Made by a program: the position numbers and the translations under genes. A DNA stretch of 32,000 nucleotides. Origin: Synechococcus elongatus PCC 6301 (GTDB lineage Bacteria > Cyanobacteriota > Cyanobacteriia > Synechococcales > Synechococcaceae). Below, one piece after another: positions 21,084 to 32,000 of the stretch. The stretch spans positions 990,001 through 1,022,000 of the forward strand of contig NC_006576.1 in assembly GCF_000010065.1 (NCBI RefSeq), in the 5' to 3' direction. Under the pieces are notes generated by a model. That model had not been told where the DNA came from, did not search any database, and saw nothing but the letters and a program-made list of their open reading frames with translations. Within the stretch, counting starts at the first letter, position 1; the number at the start of each line of letters is the position of its first letter.

Positions 21084-21719
21084 TTAGCGATCGCGCCGTG
21101 CCTCCGCAGTGTCCCGTTGCCGGGCCAGCCACCAACGGCGACTTAACCAGACCAGCAGAAGGACTAACAGCAGAGCAGCAACTCCTTTGGAAACCGGGGC
21201 TAACCACTGCTCGACAAGGGCAAAGTTACGCCGAAGTTTGTAGCCGGCCAGCGTCAGCAACAGCACCCAAATCGTGGTACCGAGGGTGGAATAGATCAAA
21301 AACTCCCGCAACCGCATCCGCTCGAAGCCAGCGGGCAGCGAGATCAAGGTACGAATGCCAGGAATCAACCGCCCCCAGAACACGACTTTGCGACCATGAC
21401 GGTTAAACCAACGCCGCGATCGCTGTAGTTCATGAGGGCGGATGCCCAGCCAGCGGCCATGGCGCTCCAGCCAGAGCAGAATCCGGTCTTCACCCAGCCA
21501 GCGGCCGAGGTAATACCAAGGCAAAGCCCCCACCATTGTGCCGACGACACCGGCCACGATCGCAGGGAATAAAGCCAATTGACCTTGAGCAGCGGAATAG
21601 CCGGCCAAAGGCATGATCAGTTCCGACGGGATCGGGGGAAAGAGGTTTTCGAGAAACATCAGCAGACCGATGCCCCAATACCCCAATCTGTCCATCGTCA
21701 TATCGATCCAGCGATCCAC
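21084..21719 (-). CDS. DedA-family membrane protein
   Basis: 211 aa; GIGLLMFLENLFPPIPSELIMPLAGYSAAQG, VAGVVGTMVGALPWYYLGRWLGEDR, GRLIPGIRTLISLPAGFERMRLREFLIYSTLGTTIWVLLL. Confidence 0.92.
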   Translation of the reverse strand: MDRWIDMTMDRLGYWGIGLLMFLENLFPPIPSELIMPLAGYSAAQGQLALFPAIVAGVVGTMVGALPWYYLGRWLGEDRILLWLERHGRWLGIRPHELQRSRRWFNRHGRKVVFWGRLIPGIRTLISLPAGFERMRLREFLIYSTLGTTIWVLLLTLAGYKLRRNFALVEQWLAPVSKGVAALLLVLLLVWLSRRWWLARQRDTAEARRDR

Positions 21720-21771
21720 GATGTTTCCCCCGATTAGATGGCCAAAGGCTTAAACAGACGCCGCACTCAGT

Positions 21772-23055
<1,284 letters not shown>

Positions 23056-23183
23056 TCATGCAATCCTAGTGCGCGGCGACGCTCGGCGCGGGGGCCAAGA
23101 TCTCAATATCCCTTACACCTTATCAGCTCGGTTTCCGCGGGCTAGGCAGAGCTGCCAGAATCGGAGCAGTTAGAGGCGTTGCC

Positions 23184-23561
23184 ATGCTGATTCTCGATCT
23201 GCAAGCGATTACAGACCTCCAATCTCAGCTCGCCGATTGGCCTGCCGCTGTGCGCGCCCTGCAGGAAATTGCCGACTGTGATGGGGCGATCGAGGATGCC
23301 GCAATTAACCTCGCCTTGCAGGCCGGATTGGAGCCCAACACGAGCGATCGCTGGTTGGAGGGTCTAGCCAAACGCTATCGCGCCCAGCTTTGTACAAGGA
23401 TTGCCACGCAGCAACCTCTGAGTGATCACGATCTGCGCCCCTTGCTTGCTGCCTCAGAAGAGAGCGGTTGCCCAGAGCTATTGCGTCTCCCCGTTGCCCT
23501 TTGGGTGCGATCGCTGGGGATTGAGCGCTTTTGCGATCCACTCGCGGAAAAATTGCAGTAG
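23184..23561 (+). CDS. Hypothetical protein
   Basis: 125 aa MLILDLQAITDLQSQLADWPAAVRALQEIADCDGAIEDAAINLALQAG...; only plausible coding frame in the gap between ahcY and hrcA, flush with the hrcA stop. Confidence 0.65.
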   Translation: MLILDLQAITDLQSQLADWPAAVRALQEIADCDGAIEDAAINLALQAGLEPNTSDRWLEGLAKRYRAQLCTRIATQQPLSDHDLRPLLAASEESGCPELLRLPVALWVRSLGIERFCDPLAEKLQ

Positions 23562-23572
23562 TCTCTCGCAGC

Positions 23573-24634
23573 CTAGGAGGCGATCGCCTCACTCAGGTAG
23601 CTGGCGGTGGCTTCCACCGCTGCTACTGCATTTTCGTAGAGCATGCGGGTCGGGCCGATCAAACTGACACTGCCGACTGGCTGCTGCTCCCGACAGTAGA
23701 AGGCCGACACCAAGCTACAGCTGCGAATCGGTGCTAGAGGCAGCTCGGAGCCAATCCGCACCCGCACCTGATCAGCCGCAGGATCCGCCAGCATCAAGGG
23801 CAGCAACTGCGTCTGTTCACCTTCCAGCAACTCCAACAGCGCCTGTACCTGTTGCAGCTCGTTGAATTCTGGCTGGCGCAACAAGTCCGCTAGGCCACAG
23901 ACCAGCAGGGAGGTCGCTGGGGTTGGTTGCCAGCGCTTTTCCAGATCTTGCAAGCCCTGCTGCAGAATTCCCGCCAGACTTTGCAGCTCCGATCCCAAAA
24001 CAGGCCAATCCAGATTCGCTAAAGCCTGCAGCGATCGCCCTTGCAGTTCTTGATTGAGAAAATTGCTGAGCAATAGCAATTGGCGATCGAGTTGATCGGC
24101 CTCCAGATCCCGATCCAGTTCTGGCAGGGTCAGCAATGCCGACTGGGTTTCGTAGCTGTCATTGACAACAATCAGCAACACCTGATGCGGCGCGATCGCC
24201 ACCAATTGCAGATGCCGCACTTGGAATTCCAAGCCCAGTGGAAAGGTGATTAGGCTGAGATAGCCGCTGAGGCTCGCCAGAATTTGGGCAGCCCCGCGTA
24301 GCAGCGCTTCGAGGCTCTGACGGCGATCGGGCAGTTGTTGACTGAGTTGTTGCTCCGTCTGACGTTGCAGAGCGCGATCGGGCTCCATTAGCTGATCGAC
24401 GTAGAGGCGATAGCCGCCCTCAGAGGGAACCCGACCCGCCGAGGTGTGGGGTTGATAGAGCAAGCCTGCGCGCTCCAACACCCCCATAGCATTACGAATC
24501 GTCGCCGCACTGACGCTGAGACCGTACTGTTCCGCTAATGCCTTAGACCCGACCGGCTCCGCCGTCCGCACATAGTGGCGCACCGTGGCACTGAGAATCG
24601 TTTGTTGGCGGGCCGTAAGCCGAGACACAAGCAT
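23573..24634 (-). CDS. hrcA: Heat-inducible transcription repressor HrcA
   Basis: 353 aa; TARQQTILSATVRHYVRTAEPVGSKALAEQYGLSVSAATIRNAMGVLERAGLLYQPHTSAGRVPSEGGYRLYVDQLM, typical HrcA N-terminus. Confidence 0.95.
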   Translation of the reverse strand: MLVSRLTARQQTILSATVRHYVRTAEPVGSKALAEQYGLSVSAATIRNAMGVLERAGLLYQPHTSAGRVPSEGGYRLYVDQLMEPDRALQRQTEQQLSQQLPDRRQSLEALLRGAAQILASLSGYLSLITFPLGLEFQVRHLQLVAIAPHQVLLIVVNDSYETQSALLTLPELDRDLEADQLDRQLLLLSNFLNQELQGRSLQALANLDWPVLGSELQSLAGILQQGLQDLEKRWQPTPATSLLVCGLADLLRQPEFNELQQVQALLELLEGEQTQLLPLMLADPAADQVRVRIGSELPLAPIRSCSLVSAFYCREQQPVGSVSLIGPTRMLYENAVAAVEATASYLSEAIAS

Positions 24635-24691
24635 GAAGAGCGATTGCAGAAGAACGCAGACGAGGTTATAAAACGCTAATCAGTTACCCAT

Positions 24692-25036
24692 TTAGTAGAG
24701 CGGTACCTGCGCATCGACTAGTCGACTGTAGGCATCAATGCCTCCCCGTAGGTTAACGACATGCTCAAAGCCTTGGGTTAGCAACCACTGACACATCTGC
24801 GCCGATCGCATGCCGTGGTGGCAGAGCACGATCGTTTCCTTGCTGCGATCGAGTTCTTGGCCAATGCGATCGACCCATTCTGCTGAGCGGCTGAGGGAAT
24901 AGACGCGGAATCCTGGCAGCGATGCCAACTCCACTTCTGCCGGCTCACGCACATCAATCAGTTGCCAGTCCGGCGCGGGTTGAGCAGCCTGACGCTCCGC
25001 AAAGGTCTGGGGATCGATTTCAGTGAAGTCAGCCAT
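24692..25036 (-). CDS. Rhodanese-like domain protein
   Basis: ORF extends to 25069; preferred start 25036 (MADFTEIDPQTFAERQAAQPAPDWQLIDVREPAEVELASLPG...); active-site loop CHHGMRSAQM. Confidence 0.85.
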   Translation of the reverse strand: MADFTEIDPQTFAERQAAQPAPDWQLIDVREPAEVELASLPGFRVYSLSRSAEWVDRIGQELDRSKETIVLCHHGMRSAQMCQWLLTQGFEHVVNLRGGIDAYSRLVDAQVPLY

Positions 25037-25196
25037 GGCTTGCTCAGGAGCGATCCAAAAGGGGGACAAAAGCCAGCGCGATCGCCTGACCAGCGGCGAT
25101 TGACGTTCGGTAACGAAGCGCTAGCACTCGTCGTAGTTTACCGAGAAGCCGGAGTCCGTCTGAAATAATTGAGGGCGACCTGCCGCCGCCGACCCT

Positions 25197-26876
25197 ATGA
25201 AGCTGCGTACCTTCTACTTGGCGCTCACAGCCGTTGCTCTTAGCCTGCTGGTCAGTGGGCTAGGGCTCTTTGTTTGGCTGTGGAATGGGAGTCCTCTGCG
25301 TCTACTCAATGGCAGCCGCATCAGCGAACCGGCCGCAGCCGTGTTCGTCCCGAAGCAAGCGCCGTTGATGACCTCGCTGCTAGTGGCACCGCAACGCTTG
25401 CAGGCCCTGAGTCAGGTGGTGACACCGACGCGCCAGCGATCGCAGGTCGATCAGGAATGGCAACAGCTTCAAGAGGCTTTGCTGACGGGCTTTAAGGTCG
25501 ATTTTGCTAACGATATTGCTCCTTGGTTGGGCGACGAAGTCACCTTTGCTGTCACCAGCCTCGATCGCGATCGCGACAGCAGCAATGGCCGTCAACCCGG
25601 CTATCTGGTCGCCTTCTCGACCGCAGACGGTGAACTGGCGCGGCAGGCCCTACAACGCTTCTGGCAAGATCGTGCCGCTACTGGCACGCAGCTCGTTTTT
25701 GAAACCTACAAGGGCGTCAAGCTGATCTACGGCGACTCCGCTTTGGTCGGGCGACGGGTCAAGCCCTTGGCAACTGCCGTCTTTGGCGATCGCTTCCTGC
25801 TGGCCGCCAATGATCCCAAGGTGCTGCGCGAGGCGATCAACAACGCCCAAGTTCCAGATTTGAACCTGCAGCAGTCCGAGTCCTACCAACGTGCGCTCCA
25901 GAGTCTGCAACCACGCCGCTTGGGTCTGCTCTATGCCGATCTCGATAACCTCGGCGACTGGCTGAATGAAAAGGGACTCAGCCGCAAGAGCGAGGAGAGC
26001 GATCGCCGCAACCAATTCCAGGGTCTGACGCTGTCGCTGGCACTGAATAAGGCTGGCATCCTGGCTGACACCGCTTTGATCGCCAAGGAACCGCTGCCCA
26101 GTAGCACCTTTACGAAAAGCGATCGCCCTTCGGCGGCCCTGCGCTATTTACCCGCAGACAGCCGCTTCGCTCTTGGCTCCCAGAACCTCGCAGGGGTCTG
26201 GCAGGAGCTGCAACAACGATTTGGCGACTATCCCGCTTGGCAGGAACTTCAGCAACAACTGCTCGCCACAGTTCAGCAACAGCTCGGGTTGAATCTGCAG
26301 ACGGAGATCATCGACTGGATCGACGGCGACTATGCCCTTGGACAGAGCGGCGATGACTGGATTTTTGCGGTCGATCGCCGTCAGACTGCCGCTAGCAACG
26401 GCATCGAACAGTTGGATGCGATCGCCAGCGATCGCGGCTACACGCCGACCAACATCGACCTCGATGGCCACGAGATCACGGCTTGGACGCAACTGCGCAC
26501 CGGCAGCAAACGCCGCAATCTCCAGATTCAAGCCACAGTACGGGGTGGCCATGGTCGCGATGGTGATTTTGAAGTGTTTGCCACCTCCCTCGATCGCCTT
26601 GCGACAGCACTCGAAGGCCGCGATTCCCTGACGACAAATCCTGACTTCCGCCAAGCCCAGCGCCAACTACCCCAACCCAATCAAGGTGTCCTCTACCTTG
26701 ACTGGCAGGCCAGTGCCCTACCGCTGACGCAACGCTGGCCTGTCTTGCAGCTGATTGCCCTGCCCTTGCAACCCCTGTTGGAGCACGTGCAGGCGATCGC
26801 GATCGCCAGTCCTACCCCTCCCGAAGACAGCACTGACCTGCAGCGACTCTCAATCGAACTGCTGTTGCGGAGCTAG
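25197..26876 (+). CDS. DUF3352-like membrane-anchored protein
   Basis: 559 aa; N-terminal single TM, PAAAVFVPKQAPLMTSLLVAPQRL, FKVDFANDIAPWLGDEVTFAVTSL, matching my recollection of cyanobacterial DUF3352 proteins. Confidence 0.75.
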   Translation: MKLRTFYLALTAVALSLLVSGLGLFVWLWNGSPLRLLNGSRISEPAAAVFVPKQAPLMTSLLVAPQRLQALSQVVTPTRQRSQVDQEWQQLQEALLTGFKVDFANDIAPWLGDEVTFAVTSLDRDRDSSNGRQPGYLVAFSTADGELARQALQRFWQDRAATGTQLVFETYKGVKLIYGDSALVGRRVKPLATAVFGDRFLLAANDPKVLREAINNAQVPDLNLQQSESYQRALQSLQPRRLGLLYADLDNLGDWLNEKGLSRKSEESDRRNQFQGLTLSLALNKAGILADTALIAKEPLPSSTFTKSDRPSAALRYLPADSRFALGSQNLAGVWQELQQRFGDYPAWQELQQQLLATVQQQLGLNLQTEIIDWIDGDYALGQSGDDWIFAVDRRQTAASNGIEQLDAIASDRGYTPTNIDLDGHEITAWTQLRTGSKRRNLQIQATVRGGHGRDGDFEVFATSLDRLATALEGRDSLTTNPDFRQAQRQLPQPNQGVLYLDWQASALPLTQRWPVLQLIALPLQPLLEHVQAIAIASPTPPEDSTDLQRLSIELLLRS

Positions 26877-26879
26877 GCG

Positions 26880-27368
26880 ATGGAACTCTATCTGATCCGC
26901 CATGGCATCGCCGCCGAACGGGGCACCTACGCGGATGATGACCGGCGCCCCCTGACAGCCACGGGAGAACGCCGCAGTCAACGAGTTGCCCAGCGACTGC
27001 TGTCTCTCGGTCTGCATTTCGATGTTCTGCAAACCAGTCCCCTAGTCCGCGCCCACCAAACCGCCGTCATCCTTCAACAAGAGGGGCTGGCTTCCCAAAT
27101 CGCGATCGCCCCAGAATTAGCGCCCGAAGGCAGTCTGACCGCTTGGCTCCGGCGCTTACCGCCCGCCATCTCGGCTGATCAGCGCTGGGCGATCGTGGGC
27201 CATGAACCCGATCTAGGGGTCTGGGCGGAACAGCTGGTCTGGGGATCTGCCCAGGACAAGCTCGTTCTCAAGAAAGCCGGTCTGATCGGTCTGCAATTCC
27301 CAGGCGATCGCCCTGCGATCGGAGCCGGATCCCTCTTCTGGCTAACCCCCCCGCGCCTTCTCCTTTAG
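26880..27368 (+). CDS. sixA: Phosphohistidine phosphatase SixA
   Basis: 162 aa; MELYLIRHGIAAERGTYADDDRRPLTATGERRSQRVAQRL, TSPLVRAHQTAVIL, WAIVGHEPDLG. Confidence 0.9.
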   Translation: MELYLIRHGIAAERGTYADDDRRPLTATGERRSQRVAQRLLSLGLHFDVLQTSPLVRAHQTAVILQQEGLASQIAIAPELAPEGSLTAWLRRLPPAISADQRWAIVGHEPDLGVWAEQLVWGSAQDKLVLKKAGLIGLQFPGDRPAIGAGSLFWLTPPRLLL

Positions 27369-27502
27369 GGGCACCTGATCAAATTGGCGAAAGACGCGCG
27401 GCAGACCCACCATCAGGTTTCGTGCCTGTTGCGACGAAGATGCACCAGCCAGACTGATAGGGTATTCGGAAGAAAGACTGCATGGGGAAGCCCAGGATTG
27501 CT

Positions 27503-28663
27503 ATGACTGCCGTCAGCGAGTTTCGGCCTGGCCTAGAAGGCGTGCCCGCCACACTCTCGAGCATTAGCTTTGTCGATGGCCAGCGCGGCGTCCTAGAGTA
27601 TCGCGGCATCAGCATCGAGCAACTGGCGCAACAGAGCAGTTTTCTGGAAACCGCCTACCTGTTGATTTGGGGCCATCTACCAACTCAGCAGGAATTGACC
27701 GAGTTCGAGCACGAAATTCGCTACCACCGCCGCATCAAGTTCCGCATCCGGGACATGATGAAATGCTTCCCCGATAGCGGCCATCCTATGGATGCCCTGC
27801 AGGCGAGCGCCGCAGCCCTCGGGTTGTTCTATTCGCGGCGCGCCTTGGATGATCCCGAATACATTCGGGCGGCCGTTGTGCGTTTGCTAGCCAAAATTCC
27901 GACGATGGTGGCTGCCTTCCAGCTGATCCGCAAGGGTAACGACCCAATTCAGCCCCGCGATGAACTGGACTACGCCGCCAACTTTCTCTACATGCTGACG
28001 GAGCGCGAGCCCGATCCAGTCGCAGCTCGGATTTTTGATATTTGCCTCACCCTGCACGCCGAACATACGATCAACGCCTCGACCTTCTCGGCGATGGTCA
28101 CAGCTTCGACCCTGACCGATCCCTACGCTGTCGTTGCTTCTGCCGTTGGCACCTTGGCTGGCCCCCTCCATGGCGGCGCCAATGAAGAAGTGCTGGACAT
28201 GCTGGAGGCGATCGGTTCCGTCGAGAATGTTGAGCCCTACCTCGACCACTGCATTGCCACCAAAACGCGCATTATGGGCTTTGGGCACCGTGTCTACAAA
28301 GTCAAGGATCCGCGGGCAGTCATTCTGCAAAATCTGGCCGAGCAACTGTTCGATATCTTCGGCCATGATCCCTACTACGAAATCGCGGTCGCAGTCGAAA
28401 AGGCAGCAGCCGAGCGACTCAGCCACAAGGGCATTTACCCCAACGTCGATTTCTACTCCGGCTTGGTCTATCGCAAGCTCGGTATTCCTAGCGATCTATT
28501 CACACCGGTGTTTGCGATCGCGCGGGTTGCGGGCTGGCTCGCCCACTGGAAAGAGCAGCTGAACGAAAATCGGATCTTCCGCCCCACTCAGATCTACACG
28601 GGCAGCCACAACCTCGACTACACCCCGATCGCCGATCGGGATTTGGCGATCGAATCTGATTGA
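27503..28663 (+). CDS. gltA: Citrate synthase
   Basis: ORF begins at 27482; start at 27503 gives MTAVSEFRPGLEGVPATLSSISFVDGQRGVLEYRGISIEQLAQ (386 aa); PLHGGANEEVLDML, MGFGHRVYKVKDPRA. Confidence 0.95.
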   Translation: MTAVSEFRPGLEGVPATLSSISFVDGQRGVLEYRGISIEQLAQQSSFLETAYLLIWGHLPTQQELTEFEHEIRYHRRIKFRIRDMMKCFPDSGHPMDALQASAAALGLFYSRRALDDPEYIRAAVVRLLAKIPTMVAAFQLIRKGNDPIQPRDELDYAANFLYMLTEREPDPVAARIFDICLTLHAEHTINASTFSAMVTASTLTDPYAVVASAVGTLAGPLHGGANEEVLDMLEAIGSVENVEPYLDHCIATKTRIMGFGHRVYKVKDPRAVILQNLAEQLFDIFGHDPYYEIAVAVEKAAAERLSHKGIYPNVDFYSGLVYRKLGIPSDLFTPVFAIARVAGWLAHWKEQLNENRIFRPTQIYTGSHNLDYTPIADRDLAIESD

Positions 28664-28666
28664 GGC

Positions 28667-31081
28667 TTAGGTCTTGGGATAGGCGATAGTAACGCCGTTG
28701 CCCCCGTCAGCTTGATCGGCAGCTTCAAACTTCGCGACAAGTGGATGCTCGCGTAGGAACTGCTGCACGCCTTGCCGCAGTTTGCCAGTGCCATGGCCAT
28801 GGATGATCCAGATCGGTCCAATCGCTTGACGCAGCGCATCTTCCAGCACCACTTCGGCTTCCGAAACACGACTGCCGCGTACATCGAAGGTATTGCGATC
28901 GGTGCGAATCGCCGGCGCATCTTTGGGCGGGGGCGGCGGAGTTGTTGACTTAGGCGGGGGCGGGGGCAGTTCTACCTTTTCGCCCTGCAATGACTCCACA
29001 TCGCCGTAGCTGACCGTCAGCTTGAGGATGCCGCAACGCACCGTTAACTCCTGACGATCCGGCGCGATCGCAAGGATTTCGCCGACCTTACCCAAGCGCG
29101 GAATCCGCAGGCGATCGCCCAACTGCGGCTGGAAACCAGGCGGTGGGGCAACGACCGTCACGGCTGGTTGTGACAGCGACTTGAGGGTTTCACTGGCCTG
29201 CCGTGCTCGTTCTGCTTTTGTCGCTTTCGGTCCCTGCTGCAGACGCCGCACCACCTTGGCAACCCGCTGTCGTGCCTGCTCAATTTCCGACTGGATCGCC
29301 ACTTCTTGCTGCTGGCGCAAGCCTTGCTCTCGCTCCCGCAATTCGGCTGTCTTGGCTTGTAGTTCGGCGTGTAGCTTTTCAGTCTGTTGCAACAACTGAG
29401 CAGCGGCGGCAGCCTTCTCTTCTTGATCGCGCCGTTGCGCTTCCAGCCCTGCGATCACGGCATCTACATCGCGATCGCGGCCCCCTTCCAGTTGCGATCG
29501 CGCCTCAGCTACGACTGCTGGTGATAGTCCCAGTCGCTCGGCAATGATCAGCGCATTCGATCGCCCGGGGATGCCCCAGAGCAAGCGATAGGTCGGAGAG
29601 AGGGTGCGATCGTCAAATTCTACCGAGGCATTTTCGAAGCGATCGTCCTGATATTTCAGGGCCTTCAATTCGCCGTAATGCGTCGTAGCGATCGTCAGAG
29701 TCGCGTGATCGGCCAAGTAGCGCAACAGCGCGATCGCCAGCGCACTGCCCTCTGAGGGATCGGTGCCCGCTCCCACTTCATCGAGCAGGACGAGGCTAGC
29801 TCCCGCGACCGGCAACGCTTCTAGAATTCGGCCAATGCGACGAATGTGACCCGAAAAGGTTGAAAGGCTTTGCTGCAGGGACTGCTCATCGCCAATATCG
29901 GTGAGGATGCGCTCAAACCAAGGCAGATCCACCGGCTCTCGGGCGGGGACAAACAGACCGGCGCGCGCCATCAAGCCCGCCAGCCCAAGGCTTTTGAGCG
30001 TCACGGTTTTACCGCCGGTATTCGGCCCCGTGATCGCCACCACCTTCAGCGAGGGCTGCAACTGGAAACTGACCGGCACCACTGAGCGATCGGGATCTTG
30101 GCGCTGTTGCCAGAGCAGCAGGGGATGGCGCAGCTGACGCAGACAAATCGACTCGCTGCTAGCCGTAAAGCGCGGTCGATTCGCTTCGAGATGCAGGCCG
30201 TAGCGGGCCCGCGCCACCGCCAGATCCAATGTTGTCGCGATCGCTAGCAGCGTTTCGAGATCCCCACTGACAGATGCGATCGCCTCACTCAAGCGCCGCC
30301 GCACTGCCTCACACTCCACTTCTTCTCGTCGTTGGAGCTGACGTAGTTGGTTATTCAGTTCAATCACACCGCGCGGCTCGATGTAGAGCGTGGAGCCACT
30401 GCTAGAGCTGTCGTGGACGATGCCAGGCACTGCCTCTTTCTGCCCCGCCTTCACCGGCAGCACATAGCGATCGCTGCGGCGGCTGATCACCAGCTCCTGA
30501 AAGAGATTGGACTGGTTGCGCAGCAGACGATTGAGGCGATCGAGAATTTGGCTGCGCACTTGGCGCTGCTGCTGGCGAATCCCTAGCAGTGCGTCGCTGG
30601 CGCGATCGGCAACTTCCCCCGAGTCCTCAATGCAGAAATGAATCTGCTGCTCCAGCTCGGGATAGGTGCGTAGATCAGCAACGATCGCTTGCAGGGTGGG
30701 GGCCGCTTCTGCCGCATCGATCAGTCGGCGCAATTGCCGCATCGCCGCGAGGGTTGAGGCGATTTGCAGCAGCTCCTCGCCGCTGAGAACCGCCTGTCGT
30801 TCCACGCGGGCGAGGGCTTCGCCAATATCAAAGACCCCCGCAAAGGGCAGACCTTGGGGTAGTGTCAACTCCAACGCTTGGGCTTCTGCAGTCTGGGATA
30901 ACAAGTATTCACTCTCCGCTTGGCTGCTGGCCAACGGCAGCGATCGCGCTGCTCGTCGGGCCAAGGCCGTGGCTGCAAAGCTAGCCACCTGCTGGCAGAG
31001 CAGCGGCCATTCCAGCAATTCGAGCGCTTCCTGTTCAACGGGGAGCAAAGGAGCCACAAGCAACGGGAGGGGTACCGACAA
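28667..31081 (-). CDS. mutS2: MutS2-family protein (DNA mismatch/recombination or ribosome-collision type) with C-terminal Smr domain
   Basis: 804 aa; VVAITGPNTGGKTVTLKSLGLAGLMARAG, LVLLDEVGAGTDPSEGSALAIALL, C-terminal FDVRGSRVSEAEVVLEDAL...IWIIHGHGTGKLRQGVQQFL. Confidence 0.95.
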   Translation of the reverse strand: MSVPLPLLVAPLLPVEQEALELLEWPLLCQQVASFAATALARRAARSLPLASSQAESEYLLSQTAEAQALELTLPQGLPFAGVFDIGEALARVERQAVLSGEELLQIASTLAAMRQLRRLIDAAEAAPTLQAIVADLRTYPELEQQIHFCIEDSGEVADRASDALLGIRQQQRQVRSQILDRLNRLLRNQSNLFQELVISRRSDRYVLPVKAGQKEAVPGIVHDSSSSGSTLYIEPRGVIELNNQLRQLQRREEVECEAVRRRLSEAIASVSGDLETLLAIATTLDLAVARARYGLHLEANRPRFTASSESICLRQLRHPLLLWQQRQDPDRSVVPVSFQLQPSLKVVAITGPNTGGKTVTLKSLGLAGLMARAGLFVPAREPVDLPWFERILTDIGDEQSLQQSLSTFSGHIRRIGRILEALPVAGASLVLLDEVGAGTDPSEGSALAIALLRYLADHATLTIATTHYGELKALKYQDDRFENASVEFDDRTLSPTYRLLWGIPGRSNALIIAERLGLSPAVVAEARSQLEGGRDRDVDAVIAGLEAQRRDQEEKAAAAAQLLQQTEKLHAELQAKTAELREREQGLRQQQEVAIQSEIEQARQRVAKVVRRLQQGPKATKAERARQASETLKSLSQPAVTVVAPPPGFQPQLGDRLRIPRLGKVGEILAIAPDRQELTVRCGILKLTVSYGDVESLQGEKVELPPPPPKSTTPPPPPKDAPAIRTDRNTFDVRGSRVSEAEVVLEDALRQAIGPIWIIHGHGTGKLRQGVQQFLREHPLVAKFEAADQADGGNGVTIAYPKT

Positions 31082-31084
31082 ATT

Positions 31085-32000
31085 CTAGAGCTTTGTCAGT
31101 GGCGGCCTGCGGCGATCGCCCCCTTCCGGTTGGGGCTGCCCTTCTAACTCCGGCCAGTAGACCAGCTGTTGCGGGCGACCAATACTGATGCCTTCTGCTT
31201 GCAAGGCGTGATGCACGCGCCGCCGCAATTCCCGTCCGACTTTCCACTGCATCAATGGCTGGGTTTTGATCCAAATCTTGATCAGCACACCTTGGTGGGC
31301 GATCGCATCGACCCCCAACACCTCTGGCGGTTCACAGATCAGGGCTTGCCATTCCGGATCCGCGTAGAGGTTCTCTACCACGTGCGTTAGACAGGCCAAA
31401 ACCTGATCGACATCATTCTCCCAACCCACTTCTAGGTTGAAATCGACCCGCGACCAAGTGCGCGAGAGGTTGCGGACTTGAGAAATCGTGCTGTTGGGAA
31501 TGGTGATCAAACCACCTTCCGCATCACGAATTTGGGTGACTCGCAGGTTGAGGGTTTCGACGAGGCCCCCCTGACCGTTGACATTAATTACATCGCCAAC
31601 TGCGAATTGGTCTTCCACCAAAATCAGGCAGCCGTTGACCAAATCCTTGACCAAACTCTGGGAGCCAAAGGAGATCGCCAAACCCAAAATGGCGCTTCCT
31701 GCCAGAACCGAGCTGGCTGGTAAGCCTAGAGTATTGAGGACCGCTAGCAGGACAGCAAAGGCTACCAGTGCAGTCGCTAGGCCTTTGGACGCCCGCACGA
31801 TCGTGGTCACTCGCAGCTCACTGCGGCGGCGATCGCCCTCTACGGCTAAGAGAGCACTGCGCTCCCAGGCTTTGGCCGATCGCTCAATCAGTAAATGGGC
31901 AATGCGAATGGCCACACCGCCGGCAAACCAGAGGCCAATCAAGCGAATCGGGACATTCAGCCATTCGTCGCGAAACTGGTCGAGCACCGGCGTAACGGTA
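31085..32000 (-). CDS. MscS-family mechanosensitive channel, N-terminus cut by window edge
   Basis: VLAGSAILGLAISFGSQSLVKDLVNGCLILVEDQFAVGDVINVNGQGGLVETLNLRVTQIRDAEGGLITIPNSTI; the frame stays open to the right edge, so the listed start at 31987 (GTG) may be internal. Confidence 0.88.
   Translation of the reverse strand, partial: TVTPVLDQFRDEWLNVPIRLIGLWFAGGVAIRIAHLLIERSAKAWERSALLAVEGDRRRSELRVTTIVRASKGLATALVAFAVLLAVLNTLGLPASSVLAGSAILGLAISFGSQSLVKDLVNGCLILVEDQFAVGDVINVNGQGGLVETLNLRVTQIRDAEGGLITIPNSTISQVRNLSRTWSRVDFNLEVGWENDVDQVLACLTHVVENLYADPEWQALICEPPEVLGVDAIAHQGVLIKIWIKTQPLMQWKVGRELRRRVHHALQAEGISIGRPQQLVYWPELEGQPQPEGGDRRRPPLTKL

Noticed and set aside
25121-25129. CTAGCACTC, resembling one half of a CIRCE operator (TTAGCACTC-N9-GAGTGCTAA) upstream of the rhodanese/hrcA pair
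   Set aside because: After the 9-nt spacer the sequence is TACCGAGAA, not GAGTGCTAA, so the second half-site is missing.
26148-26666. 172-aa minus-strand ORF inside the DUF3352-like gene
   Set aside because: Fully embedded opposite a well-supported gene; no domain signature.
27373-27418. Inverted repeat ACCTGAT ... ATCAGGT upstream of gltA
   Set aside because: Only 7 bp per arm with a 32-nt spacer and no adjacent promoter or U tract; expected by chance at this length scale.

Overview
The window looks like an ordinary cyanobacterial chromosome segment. Dense HIP1 octamers (GCGATCGC), gene content and protein sequences fit Synechococcus elongatus (PCC 7942/6301 type), identified from recall only. 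Left part: a divergent enolase 5' end, gloA, then a co-oriented block clpB - secE - nusG - rplK - rplA - rplJ - rplL. Centre: a DUF3747-like gene, speE, a HAD hydrolase, tRNA-Gln(TTG) with a clear promoter, ilvD, and the minus-strand cluster NTRC - ldpA - R3H/Ycf45-like ATPase. Upstream of that cluster are an SbmA/BacA-like ABC transporter and an unusual membrane protein. Right part: SIMPL-domain gene, DedA, ahcY, hrcA, rhodanese, DUF3352, sixA, gltA, mutS2 and a partial MscS gene. I see no CRISPR array, transposon, prophage or defence island. The items most worth a second look are: (1) a membrane protein whose C-terminal half resembles a degenerate PEP/pyruvate-binding (PPDK_N) domain; (2) the tight NTRC-ldpA-R3H ATPase arrangement, which places redox and circadian-input genes together; (3) atypical cysteine spacing in LdpA; (4) gltA, whose product carries residues I recall from the fractal-assembling citrate synthase work; (5) palindromic, HIP1-containing and terminator structures.
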